From NCBI RefSeq assembly GCF_036321535.1, contig NC_087447.1:41108001-41172000 (forward strand): DNA of 64,000 bases, read 5' to 3'. Below, piece after piece: positions 39,990 to 51,200 of this stretch (positions are counted from its first letter, which is position 1; every line of letters begins with the position of its first letter). The position numbers and the translations under genes are program-made. A model generated the notes under the pieces. It was not told the origin of the DNA, did not search any database, and saw nothing but the letters and a program-made list of their open reading frames with translations. This stretch comes from Camelus dromedarius. Taxonomy: Eukaryota.

Positions 39990-40530
39990 TAGGTGTATTA
40001 TCCCCTTTTAACCCTCATACCAACCCTATGAGTTAGGTCTTAATACCTCCCACTTTACAGATAATAAAATGTAGGTTCAGAGGAAGGATGTCATTGGCCA
40101 GAATGATAAAGGTGGTAAGTGGGACCCTGGTTTGTCTTTACACTAATTTCCTCCCAATATTCCCTGGGACATAAGCCACTTCAGTGTCAAGGAAAGGGTA
40201 TTAGGCAGAAAGGGGGAAATGGAATTGCACATATAACTCCCCAGGAGGTGCGTATTATCCCCCTGTATTCACGTGTGGACCTCCCCCTTGGAGCAGCTCC
40301 ATAAGGAGAGTAATAATTACTATGTTCGTGTCCCCACAACAAGCCAGGCACAATGCCAAGTGTGTTCTCATGCATCATTTCATTTCATCCCTATCTACTT
40401 CTGTGAAGAAGATATTATTATCCCATTTTACAGCAGAGGAAATTATAGCTCAGAGAGATTAAATGGGTCTATTTTATGTCACAGAGGACCCAAGGGCCGA
40501 GATTCAAACTCAGTTCCATCTGACTTCAAA
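39990..40530 (-). mobile_element. two MIR SINEs
   Basis: cccactttacagat...ggttcagag and attatcccattttacag...gctcagagagattaa...gattcaaactcag. Confidence 0.75.
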
Positions 40531-41342
40531 GCTTCGTGGTACCCTGTGAAGTTGCCAAAGGCCAACTGAGTCGGGGCAGCTTGGGAATTCTAGGCAGAAT
40601 TCTGGAGCTGCCTCTTTATCTGCTCCTATCCAACTGCCCATGTTCCCCAAACATTCTTCTGGGCCTTTGCACATTCTACTCCTCTGCCAAAAATGCCCTT
40701 CCCTACAGAGTCTACCTGGAAAGTTCCTACTCACTTTTCGAGACCTAGTTCAAATGTCATTTCTCCTATGGTGGCTTCTCAGCTGGCCTCCTCGCTAAAC
40801 TTATATGCACATCCTCCTGCCAAGCCCACTGTCCTTCCTCTGAGCCCCACCACACACGCGCACACACACACGCACACATACGTTCACCCTGTGGTTCTTT
40901 ATAGAACAATACCCATCCCGCTGCGTGGTGTCAAGAACTGTGAAGGGGCTGAGATTTTCCCTGCCAGCAAGCTAACGTGCTGTCCTCCACGTGCTCGGAT
41001 GCTGGCAGAAGACACAGATTTTGTCTTCACCCTGCCTCCAGCATATCTAACAGGGACTTGCCTGTGGTAGGCGCCCCAGCAATGACTGCTGAATGACTGA
41101 AAGAATGAGTTCAAAGGAAGGCTCAAGGTCCAAATCTTTGAGGCTTTGTGGCATCATTGGCACATCTGTGTGGAAGTGAAGAAGGAAAGGGCAGTGAGGA
41201 GAAAGACATGCACAGCAACAGTGGATGGAGGCTGCAGATTCGGGAATGTTCCCGCACACAGACTAGTTAGAGGGCCATGTGTCTATGGGTAAGCACTGAA
41301 ATTCCTAGCTAGAAACTCAGGAATCCCTGTGTATTCTTTAAA

Positions 41343-41352
41343 ACACACACAC

Positions 41353-41388
<36 letters not shown>
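41343..41388 (+). repeat. (AC)n microsatellite
   Basis: About 23 units with one gc interruption. Confidence 0.97.
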
Positions 41389-41390
<2 letters not shown>

Positions 41391-41454
41391 CTTACTCTGT
41401 GCCAAACATAGGCTTGAAGAGCTTTTGGCACATTGACTATGGTCATTTTCATAG

Positions 41455-41832
41455 CCTTTGTGACTGCCTGGGGGAACTGAGTCAAATGTGGCAGGAGTGA
41501 CCCTCCATGGCCTCAGAGGCCATGTGAGAAAAGGTCATGCAGCTTTGCCAGTTTCTCTTGGGAAGCTTTGGAGCCTTTTGCCAGTAAGAAGTCCAACTAC
41601 CCTGAGGCCACCAAGCGCACAGAGCACAGAGAAAGAGAGATGCCTGAAAAAACCCCTATTGTTTCAGATCCAGCTGCTGCGGTGCTCCCAGCCCCGACTT
41701 CAGACTGAGAGGAAGCTCCAGGGTGACCCCAGCTCCCTGCTGCCACCATGAGAGAAATTGGGAAGGGACTGTCCCGTGGAACCCTGTCTGCTCCCAGATT
41801 TCGAAGCAAAATAAATGACTCTTACTGTTTTC
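41455..41832 (+). mobile_element. MaLR LTR fragment
   Basis: aagaagtccaactaccctgaggccacc...cccagatttc...aaataaatgact...tgtttt. Confidence 0.65.
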
Positions 41833-41834
41833 TA

Positions 41835-42605
41835 CACCACTTTATTGAGATACCACTGACATACCAAAAGTGTAAATTCTTCATGTACACAGCTTGACAC
41901 GTCCGGAAATAAGTATATACCCGTGAAACCGCCATCACAATCTACGCATAAATGTCTCCATCGCTTTCCAAAGCTTCCTCCCACCCTCATTATTGTTATC
42001 ATTAGTGCATAGTAAAAACACAACATAACACCTACCTTCCTAACAAACTTTTCAGTGTACAGTAGTGTTAACTGTAGGCTAAAGCTACTCAGTAGATGCC
42101 TAGGGTTTATCCATCTCGTAAAGTTGGTGTGTGTCCTTTGACTAATGCCTCCCTGCTTCCTCCAGCCGCCAGCCTCTGGCAGCCGTCACTCTAGTCTCTG
42201 CTTTCGTGAGTTTGACTGTTTTAGACTCCTCATACAGGTGGTTTCGTGGAACATTTGTCTTTCTGTCTTGGCTTATTTCATTTAGCGTAACATCCTCCAG
42301 GTTTATCCGTGTCGTTCCAAATTGCAAATCCACTCAGCGTTATCTTTTTGAGATTTATGGAATCTCAATACGTGTATCTGTAGTTCATCCACTTTAATTG
42401 CAGAATGGCATTTCATTTCATGAATAAACCACCATTTATACAGCACAGTTACGTTAACAACCTAATGAGGGACAATGTGGTGATTTCCACTTTTCCTCTA
42501 TTCTTACCAGTGCTGTAATAGACAACCTGGTACACACCTCCTTGCCCACAAGTGTGTGAACTTATCTAGGGTATGTTCTTAGGAGTGAAGTAGCTGGTCC
42601 AAGGG
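41835..42605 (-). mobile_element. old L1 3' fragments
   Basis: ORF 42142-42333 INLEDVTLNEISQ resembles the L1 ORF2 end. Confidence 0.75.
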
Positions 42606-42611
42606 CAAAAG

Positions 42612-43086
42612 TGTGATTAATTATCTTCTGTTCACCCTTCCAGATACCACCCTCCACCCTTCTCATTCCTGCTCTGGATCCCAGGAAGCTGAATTACGTG
42701 GACTAATCAGCAGGCCCCCTTGCCTTCTGCCTCCTGTTGCGTTTGGCCAGTGAAGAAGACTAATGAGAAATTGGAGAGGTGTGGAAAGTGAGGTCAAGGT
42801 ATTTGTTCCCCCAGATCCCTCCCCTGTGGGATTGCAGCCGGCTGGCTAGAGGTCACAGGCTGCCTTCTCCTCAAAGCCATCTCTGTCTCCAGATTCCAAT
42901 AACCACTCCCTTTCAGGCCTGGGGATGGTAAGTTCCCACTAAGACTAGTTCCTGGGCACTACACTATTCCTTGTCCTTTTCCTGCCCCATGTCCTTAAGT
43001 TTCTAAATAGCCCCATCATTAAACTCTCCTCAGATTATCGAGTTGGAGTGTGCTACCTCTTTCCAGCCAGGACACTGGCTGATACA
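42612..43086 (+). mobile_element. ERVL LTR (LTR33-like)
   Basis: ccttgccttctgcctcctgttgcgtttggccagtg...cattaaactctcctcagatta...ccaggacactggctgataca. Confidence 0.7.
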
Positions 43087-43089
43087 GCA

Positions 43090-44860
43090 TGCAGCTTCAA
43101 TTTTACAATCTGTAAACTGTTCCCTCAAGTGGCTGCATTAATTTGCACCCTCACGGATTTGTGTACAGGGTCCTACTGCCCCCCTTTCTCTCCAAAACTT
43201 GATGTGATTTGCTTTACAATGTTTGCCAATGAGGACGGCCCAGAGCATCTTGCTACGTGTTTATTGGTCTATAAGTTTCTTCATCTATAAGTTGCTTGCT
43301 TGTATTCTTTTCCTGATTTTCTGGCTTTTTCTTTTTCTTACCAATTTAAATGAGTCTTATTGATATACTGAATTTTTTCAATTTTTACTTTTATTTTATT
43401 TTTTATTGAAGTATAGCTGATTAACAATGTTGTGTTAATTCTGGTGTAAAGCATAGGGATTCAGTTATACATGTATATTCCTCTTTATATTCTTTTTCAT
43501 TATAGGTTATTACAAGATACTGAATATAGTTCCCTGTGTTATACAGTGTGACCTTGTTGTTTGTCTATTTTATATATAGTGGTTAGTATCTACAATCTCA
43601 AACTCGCAATTTATCCCTCTCCACCCCCTTTGCCCTCTGGTAACCATGAGTTTGTTTTCTATGTCTGTGATGATATACTGAATGTTAATTCAACTTGGAC
43701 TGAAGAAAATCTCCCAATCTAGGTCTTGTCATTGCATTTGACTTATGGTATGGCTTTCAGTTTTAAGATGGTCAACCTTGGCAATCTTTTTCTGGTTTTG
43801 CTTTTTCTAATTTATATAAAATATTGCTACCTAACCAAAAAGCCTCGAAGATACTCTCTTGTATTTTCTTCCAAAAGTATCATAGTTTTGCTTTTCCATT
43901 TGTATCTTTAGCCTATCTGGAATATATTTTTGCATTTGGTGAAAGGTGGGGATGTAACTTTATTTTCCTATGTAAATAACTAATTGATTTATTGGTGGTC
44001 TCTCCTAAACTCACCAGTTTATTATGCCACATCGGCCGTGTACGCGGGGCTGCTTCTGGGCTCTCCTGTTGGTCTGCTTTTCTATCCCTCTCCCAATAAC
44101 ACATGGTTTTTTATAAAAAGTCTGGATATCTAGTCACGTAATCTATAGCTCCCCCACCAAACCTGCTTCTTCTCCAAAATTACCTTCGGTCTACTTTCGC
44201 ATGTGCCTTTTGGGGCTTTGATACTCTGTATCAGATCATGATGATTTTCTTCTGTTTCTAATTTTCTAATAATTTTAATAATGGCAACAATAAATTGGTA
44301 ATTTATATTATAAATAATAGGTACTCTATTCTATATAATCGTAAATGATTTATAAATACATTCATAGGATACTTTTCTGCATTAAGAAAATCATATGAAT
44401 TTTCTTTTAATTTGTCAATGAGGTGAATTACACCAAAAAATTCTCTCATATTGAACATTTGTATTCCAGAGATAAACCCGACCTGGGTGTAGTATCTTTC
44501 TTAATACAACTGGTTTACCCAGGATTTGTGCATCTGTGTTAATAAGAGAGGTTACTCCATAATCTGTTTGTTTTCTCCTTGTCTGTTTTTTGTTAACTAG
44601 CTCACAATGGTAACTTTCTCTCTTTGTGTATTATCTGAATTAGTTTCAGAGGGATTATATGATTTTTGAAGACTTCCTAGAACTCTCCTGTAAAAACATC
44701 TACGCCCAGTAGATTTGAATTAGATTGTAAATTATTATTCTAGTTCGTTTCAGTTACAGGCCGCGTCAAGTATCCCGATTCTTGCTGAGTCACTTTTGGC
44801 ATCATGCATTTTTCTAATTAACTATTTCACCAAAGTTTTCAAAAGCATTTTGTAGAGGAG
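43090..44860 (-). mobile_element. ancient L1 fragments with a nested young L1 tail at 43374-43670
   Basis: T-rich antisense L1; nested tail bounded by TSD tgatatactgaat at 43361-43373 and 43671-43683. Confidence 0.8.
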
Positions 44861-46236
44861 CAGTTCTGCCACGGCTGCACGATGACCTTGCACATTTCCA
44901 TGCGGGCCGTATAGGCAAGGCTTCCCCAGGGTCTGACCCCTATCTCTGCACAACACCCTGGCATCCTCCCAGGAACATGGATGGCCAAGATAGGCAGTCT
45001 TATGAGGAACCATCCCCTTCACTATCTTGCAGAACACACCCTATTTTGTGAGAGGTTGCTGTGAGACAAGTTTTGCTGAATGAATGAAACTCAGACCTTC
45101 CATCTTCAAATCCAGTAGGCTTCCCTCGGTCCCATGCTACCTCCCTGTCATCACAGGAAGGACCGAGCCCACCTGGAGTATCTCACACCACCCAACAGCT
45201 CCTGAATCCCTGATCCTCCTCCAAGGTCAGGGTCTAGCTGGGGCTTTTGTCTGGGGGGCAGGGATTAAGGCCATATGCATTGCTGTGTCCCTCTGTAGGC
45301 TGGGTCCAGCATCTGGCACAGGGCCAGGCACATCCCAGATGCTCAGAAAGCCTGGGTGATGGAAATGGATTGGCTTTTTGACTTGAGGAGCCTCAGACAC
45401 GGAACAGTGCTGACTCGAAAAACCATGGCTCCCGCAGTGACTCATACATCAGGACCCTTTAATTGGGAATTATGGAAATGTGCTGCCTGGAGCTGTCTTA
45501 ATTAAGAACAACCTGATCTTGATTGCAGCCTCTGAGAGGACTCTCCTACACATTCTCCCCTCTCCTTTTCTCCTTGACACCTAGAGGCAGAATCCGGCTG
45601 CCTTTGACAAGGCTTTCCTTCTCCCAATCACACTGCTGACAGGCTTGGTTTGGAAACAGCTGAGCTAGCTGGGGATGGCCGCCTTCAGCCAGCATGAGGC
45701 TCCCTGGCGGCAGCCTAAATCAGTAGTTAATAGAGACCTTGCTGCACCCGTGCTGCCCTAGCTCTTGGGAAAGGCTGGGGCTGAGGCTGGAAATAGGCTG
45801 AGGACAATCAGATTGGATGTTCTTCCCGGCATCCACTCTCCCCACCCCTATCCAGAGCTAATGTATCCTGGGGCCTGTATCCTAGCCAGAGAATAAGGAG
45901 GGACTCCCTCTAGCCCCACTACCTCTCAGCTCCAGCCCTCAACATTACGGCAGAATGGACCTGAATCTCCCAAAAGAGGAAGGGGCCACATACAAGGGGG
46001 CCACAACAGAGGACTGGACTGTAGGAGGGCCTGGCTTCCCAAGCCAAGTTCCAAACCCTAGCCCAGAACCAGACACCACCTGACAGCTTCCTGTCAGCCC
46101 CGATCCCCTTACCCGGCCTCTGCCAGGGGTCTCCATCACCAAGCTTGGTCCATTTGTTACATCTTCATTCAATGAACATTTACTAATGTGCAAGGTCTTG
46201 ACACTCTGTGGTTCCTTTCTTCCCCAACCCTCTCTC

Positions 46237-46239
<3 letters not shown>

Positions 46240-46269
<30 letters not shown>
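46240..46269 (+). repeat. (AC)15 microsatellite
   Basis: Perfect dinucleotide run. Confidence 0.97.
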
Positions 46270-46271
<2 letters not shown>

Positions 46272-46389
46272 TAATTTTAAAGTCAAGTATTTATTAAACT
46301 AATAAGAATTTTCAAAGAAGCTTTATCACCAGTTATGACTCACCTTTTAGTTGGTGGCTTTAGGTTTCTTTAGTCCTTTGCTTCTCCAG

Positions 46390-46456
46390 GGAGTAATTAA
46401 TAAAGTGTAAACAATATTTAAATCACTTGGGAGCTCACTATGTAAAAGTTTTAGAG
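46390..46456 (+). other. candidate non-coding exon (67 nt)
   Basis: Acceptor tttctttagtcctttgcttctccag|G, donor GAG|gtaagc; stop codons in all three frames. Confidence 0.4.
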
Positions 46457-46750
46457 GTAAGCTTCTTATAATGATGTGGCCACTCCTTAAATCCTCTGTG
46501 GGCAAAACCTTTCCAAACAGGGGGAGCCTTGAATAGAAGTTCTATTTGAATGAATAGAGCCACTTAACGTCACCTGGCAGGACAAGATGGGGAATATTAT
46601 GTATCCACTGTTCTTGATACATTCAGCTGCCCTAACTGGTTCTCAAGGGATACTGGGGCCCCTAGTCCCAGGAAACAAATCCCTCTTACCTGGAGCCCTG
46701 GCTCCATTTCTCCTACCTAACCCTTCCCAGTGGCTTCCTATTACCCAGAT

Positions 46751-47116
46751 CAGTAATTCTCAGAGTATAGGTTGGGCCAGGAGCGTTACTATCACTGGGA
46801 ACATAAAAGAGATGCAAATTCATAGGTTCCATCCCAAGCCTACTAAGTCAGAAACCCTAAGGGTAGGGCCTCAGAATCTCTGGGATTTTTACTTCTTTTT
46901 TTTTTTCTTTTTTTTTTTGGGGGGGGGGGCAAGTAATTAGGTTGGTTTGTTTGTTTGTTTGTTTGTTTATTTATTTTTGGATGGAGGTGCTGGGGATTGA
47001 ACCCAGGACCTCGTGCACCTTAAGCACACACTCTACCACTGAGCTATACCCTCCCCCTCGCAATCTCTGTTTAAGGAGCCCTCCAGGTAATTCTGAGGCA
47101 TAAAGTTTGAAAACCA
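46751..47116 (+). mobile_element. MER5A-like hAT MITE split by a SINE
   Basis: atgcaaattc...cctactaagtcagaaaccct and gccctccaggtaattctga...aagtttgaaaacca. Confidence 0.8.
46883..47061 (-). mobile_element. tRNA-Ala-derived SINE, long-tail form
   Basis: Full tRNA-like head 46982-47053; tail with (AAAC)n, cctaatta, C run and A run; TSD aatctctg at 46875-46882 and 47062-47069. Confidence 0.92.
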
Positions 47117-47707
47117 GATAGAGGCACACCCTTAGCAAGATCTGCGCAGCCCTCCACAGACACTGCTGGCCCACAGGAGCCTTTTTGCAAACTAGGAGAG
47201 CCTCCTCTGGGAGGATGTAGCTATAAGCACATGTTTGCCGAGTGGAGCCAAAGCTGTATTTCAGCACCTCACCGCCTTGGCAGGTGCCCTCCTAAAGCGA
47301 ACAGCCCACAGTCATGCATGGAGACCCTGCCCCTGGGACCAGATCCTCCAGTCTATATCCCACCACTGGCCTCCTCATCCGTATGCTCCAGCATTTTATG
47401 GCTCCCTGAACGCATCCTGGTATTTCATGCTTCCTTCCTGCCTTTGCTCAAGCTATTCTCTCTACCTGGAATGCCTTTCCCCCATTTTTCCACCTAGAAA
47501 ACTACCACAACATTTTAGCCTCAGCTTGTTCATCTCCTCTTCCAGGAAATATTTGCTGACTGCAGGAGAGTCCAATTCCATGCCTCTAGGCTCCTGTATC
47601 ATGTTGTGTTCACCTCTCACATTGCCTTTGCCTGGCTGTATTTTAACTGCTGGTTTTCCTTCCATCCTCCTATAGAGCAGGATGTATGATTCATCTTTGT
47701 AGCCTAG

Positions 47708-48038
47708 TGTAAAATTAATCAACAGTAACCTCAATTAAATAGAATCAGGAGACCAGAAGGGGGAGCTCTCATGCCCTGGAATGACAGCAGAGCCCAGCAG
47801 AAAGAAGACTCTTCTTTCCTGGCAAGGACTCAGCCAATGAAAAGCCCTGGACTCTTTGTTTACGTAGCCCTCTCAACTTCTTTTCCGCTCTATAAAAGAG
47901 TTCTCCTTCCTTTTATGTGTGGGGACTTGCAGGTGTCTCGCCATGGTTGTAGACACTGAAGTGCAATTCTCTGCTGATCTTGGATAAACCCATCTTTGCT
48001 GGAGAAATATCTGGTGGTCTGTTTATTTGGGGTCAACA
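47708..48038 (+). mobile_element. ERV solo LTR inserted in an L2
   Basis: tgtaaaa...ggtcaaca termini; CCAAT at about 47835; TATAAAA at about 47891. Confidence 0.85.
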
Positions 48039-49369
48039 ACAGTTATCAATGAATACCTGGCATGTTCATACAATGACAAAATACCGAAGGTCAATTCTGG
48101 GAGCCAGGGTTACAGTGAAGATCACATCAGACAGCTCAACCTCATGGAGCTAATTCATAATTAAGGGAGGGAAGGGAGACTCAGGGCCCTCGCAAAATGA
48201 TGGGAGGCAATTGCTTTTCTAAATGATTTGAAATGATTCAGAAGCTGCCTCAGAAGCAGGGTGACTTTCCACAGCTCTGGGAGGATGAAATCCTGTCCTT
48301 TGCAGATTTACTTGTGAAGAAAAAAAAAGCCAAGATGAGTCCTAAGTAGAAAAACATCCCTCATAGGGAGACCTGTCAGCCCGTGGGGCTTGGTTCAGCC
48401 CCAGCCACCGAAGAGCCATCTTACAGTCCAGAATGTTCAGTGCCTTCCCCATGGCTGCTGCAGCCAGGAGTATGAACAGGGATAAAACCAGATTAGGAGG
48501 CTTGATGCCTCTCTTCCTTGTAATTAAGGCTGTAATCACTGTGTCAAGTCTCAAATCAGGTTGGCATGCCCCTCCTCAATTAGCAGCTCATCTAATTATA
48601 AGACATGAATTGCAAGTTTCTGCTCACTACAGAAATGCAGCAATGGGGTTCCTTGTGGAAGCCATTTGATTTCTGGATTCATTTCTATACCCAGGGAGGA
48701 ATGGGGGAATAAAATAGGAGTTCAGTTTATATGCAGAAAACATGAATTTTCTCAATGAAAAGAATAGGCTTGAAGGTAGAAGGGAGGAGGTGTTGAAGAG
48801 GATATTGTGATTAAAGGGGAAATGCACTAGGGCGAGGCAGTAGGGATGGAGAGATCCTTCTAGACAGAGAGCCATTTGAGATGTAGAACTGGATGTGGGA
48901 GAGAGGGTGAGAGGAAGCAGGAGGGAGGTTAAGGGGTCTAGTCTGGAATCTGAAGGCGCTGCAGGAATAGCTAGGACAGACATTCTGATAGACTTTATTA
49001 GCACAGTCCCCAGCCTGAGCCCAGGTCTGCGTGGGTGCACACACACGTTTACATGCACACACACAAGCTCCATCACCTTTACTGACGTGACTGCTGTAAA
49101 AGCCTCCCCCTTGGAAAGCTCACCAAGCTCAAAGACCCTCTCTGTAGTCTCAGCTTCTTCAATTTCTCTCTGTAATGACAAATTGTGATCCTTTGCTCCC
49201 TGATGCCAAAGAGCCACTCCTGGGGCAAGAAAGCAGATAATGTGGCCAACAGAAAGGAGAGAAAAGAAGCTCAATTATGGTGCTTATCCATGTGCTGAGA
49301 GAGGTCAGTTCTCACATCCTCACTAAAATTTGGAATGAACTCAGACATTCAGAACAGAGATTCATCAAT

Positions 49370-49700
49370 ACATGCTTATACACTATGTGTACACATACAC
49401 ATAGAGAGGCTCCAACATGCAAGACACACGCACACACTCACAAATACAACATACACTGTATACGTACACACATATACAGAGGCACTACAACATGCAACAC
49501 ACACACAATACATACATATACGCTATACGTGTATACATACATATAAAGACATTCCAACATGAAACACACACACGTGCGCACACACACACACACACAGGCT
49601 TCCTCACTCACACATTCACATACAAAGAGAACATAAAAGTGCATACATAGACCCATCACACAACAAACAGGCACTCTCTGACAAATGCACATAAATACAT
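49370..49700 (+). repeat. degenerate CA/TA low-complexity tract
   Basis: About 330 bp of alternating purine-pyrimidine acac/atac repeats. Confidence 0.9.
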
Positions 49701-49995
49701 TTATTCACTTAAAATAAAAGTTTGGAAACAATTATTAAAAAAATTAAAGCAAAAAAATAATTTGGTGCCAATTACCTGGATTTTTTTTTTTTTTTTCAGT
49801 AAAGACTGAATTGTTTCCTTGGAATGCCCCGCCCACAATTCTGAACCCTCTCCAGCTATAAAACACCTTATATTTGCATGGTACATTTTACTTGTCAAAG
49901 GAAATTCACAGATGTGTTCTCCTTCACATCACACTGGGCTTTTTGGTTTGCAAGTTTTTTGTGATTTCCAAGTTCGTTTTGTGCTGGTTGCTGAC

Positions 49996-50790
49996 TGTTA
50001 GTACTGAGCACTATCCCAGCCCCTCTGAGCTCTTCCTGTATCACCAGAAGCTGGAAAGCTAAAGACTACATTTCCCAGATTCCTGTGCGGGCAGGGTTCT
50101 AGTTTTGATTCCACCAATAAGAGACATTCCCGTGAGATTTGGAAGGTGGAAGAGGGACAGAAGCCATTCTCTATCCTCAGACCCAGGCTGGCGGCGAGGT
50201 TCTGCACGTGCAGGCAGCAGGTCCTGCGGCAGTCCCACCGCGCCCCGGGAATCACCCACGGCAGGGATCCGGGCAGCTGAGGCCACTGGTAGTGGGGGTT
50301 TTGGTAATTTTTATGACTGATTTGAAGTTGTTTTTATAGAGTTTAAGCAAAAAGTAAGGGCACATTTGTGAAGTAGCTCACAGAATTGAAGGAGATAAGG
50401 AAGTAAGCGGTTTCAGGAGCCGCCAGGAGCAGTGGTGGGCTGGGTTCCCCAGGAAGCGGACGCTTAGATGGATATTAGCGTGGAGGGCGTCTGTTCAGAA
50501 GAGCTGTGGGAGGCAAGGAAGCAGGCCTGGCTGGAGGGAGAACCCGAGGTGTGAACCTGCCGCAGTGACAGAAGCCCCAGGCCCGGGGAGAGTTCTGAAG
50601 CCGCATGATCCTCCGGTGCTGGGGCGTGGACGCCCAGCCTTTGTTTACCAGTGGTCCTGAGTGGAGCCAAGGAAGCACGGCGGTAAAAACCCACAAGGCA
50701 GCTCTTCAGCTGAGGCAGTCCCTGCAGAAGACGGGCAGCTCAGCCCTTTCTGCCAGCAACTCCCAGGCAGCTGGAGGTAAACAGTCCTTC
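49996..50790. mobile_element. old ERVL/MaLR LTR fragments
   Basis: gaagctggaaagctaaagactacatttcccaga...gagatttggaaggtggaag; gtagctcacagaattgaagg. Confidence 0.55.
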
Positions 50791-50795
50791 CCGCC

Positions 50796-51200
50796 TGATA
50801 CGGACTGGAAGTGTGTACCCCCCAGAATTCATATGTTGAAGCCCTAATGCCCAGTGTGATTTTATTTGGAGGGCCTGTGAGCAGATAATTAAGGTTAAAT
50901 GAGGTCACAAGGTCACCAGTCCAGTAGGGCTGGTGTCCTAATATGAAGAAGAAACACCAGATCTCTCTCTCCCCCTCCCCCACCTCCCTCTCCCTCTCTC
51001 TCCCTCTCTCTCTGCCTTGTGTAGACACAGTGAGAATGTGTCCATCTGCAAGCCAAGAAGAGAGCCCTCCCCAGAACCTGACCACGTCGGCACCTTGATC
51101 TTGGACTTTCCCATCTCCAGAACTGTAAGAAAATTAATTTCTGTTGTTTAAGCCACCCAGTCTATGGTATTTTGTTATGACAGATCAAGCTGAGTAATAT
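50796..51200 (+). mobile_element. MaLR LTR (MLT1A-like)
   Basis: aattcatatgttgaagccctaa...ggcaccttgatcttggactt...tttctgttgtttaagccacccagtctatggtattttgttat. Confidence 0.9.

Noticed and set aside
48627..49274. 215-aa minus-strand ORF
   Set aside because: Non-ATG start, includes simple-repeat translation (VCVHVNVCVH), no homology recognised
49277..49692. His/Thr-rich ORFs
   Set aside because: Translation of CA/TA low-complexity DNA
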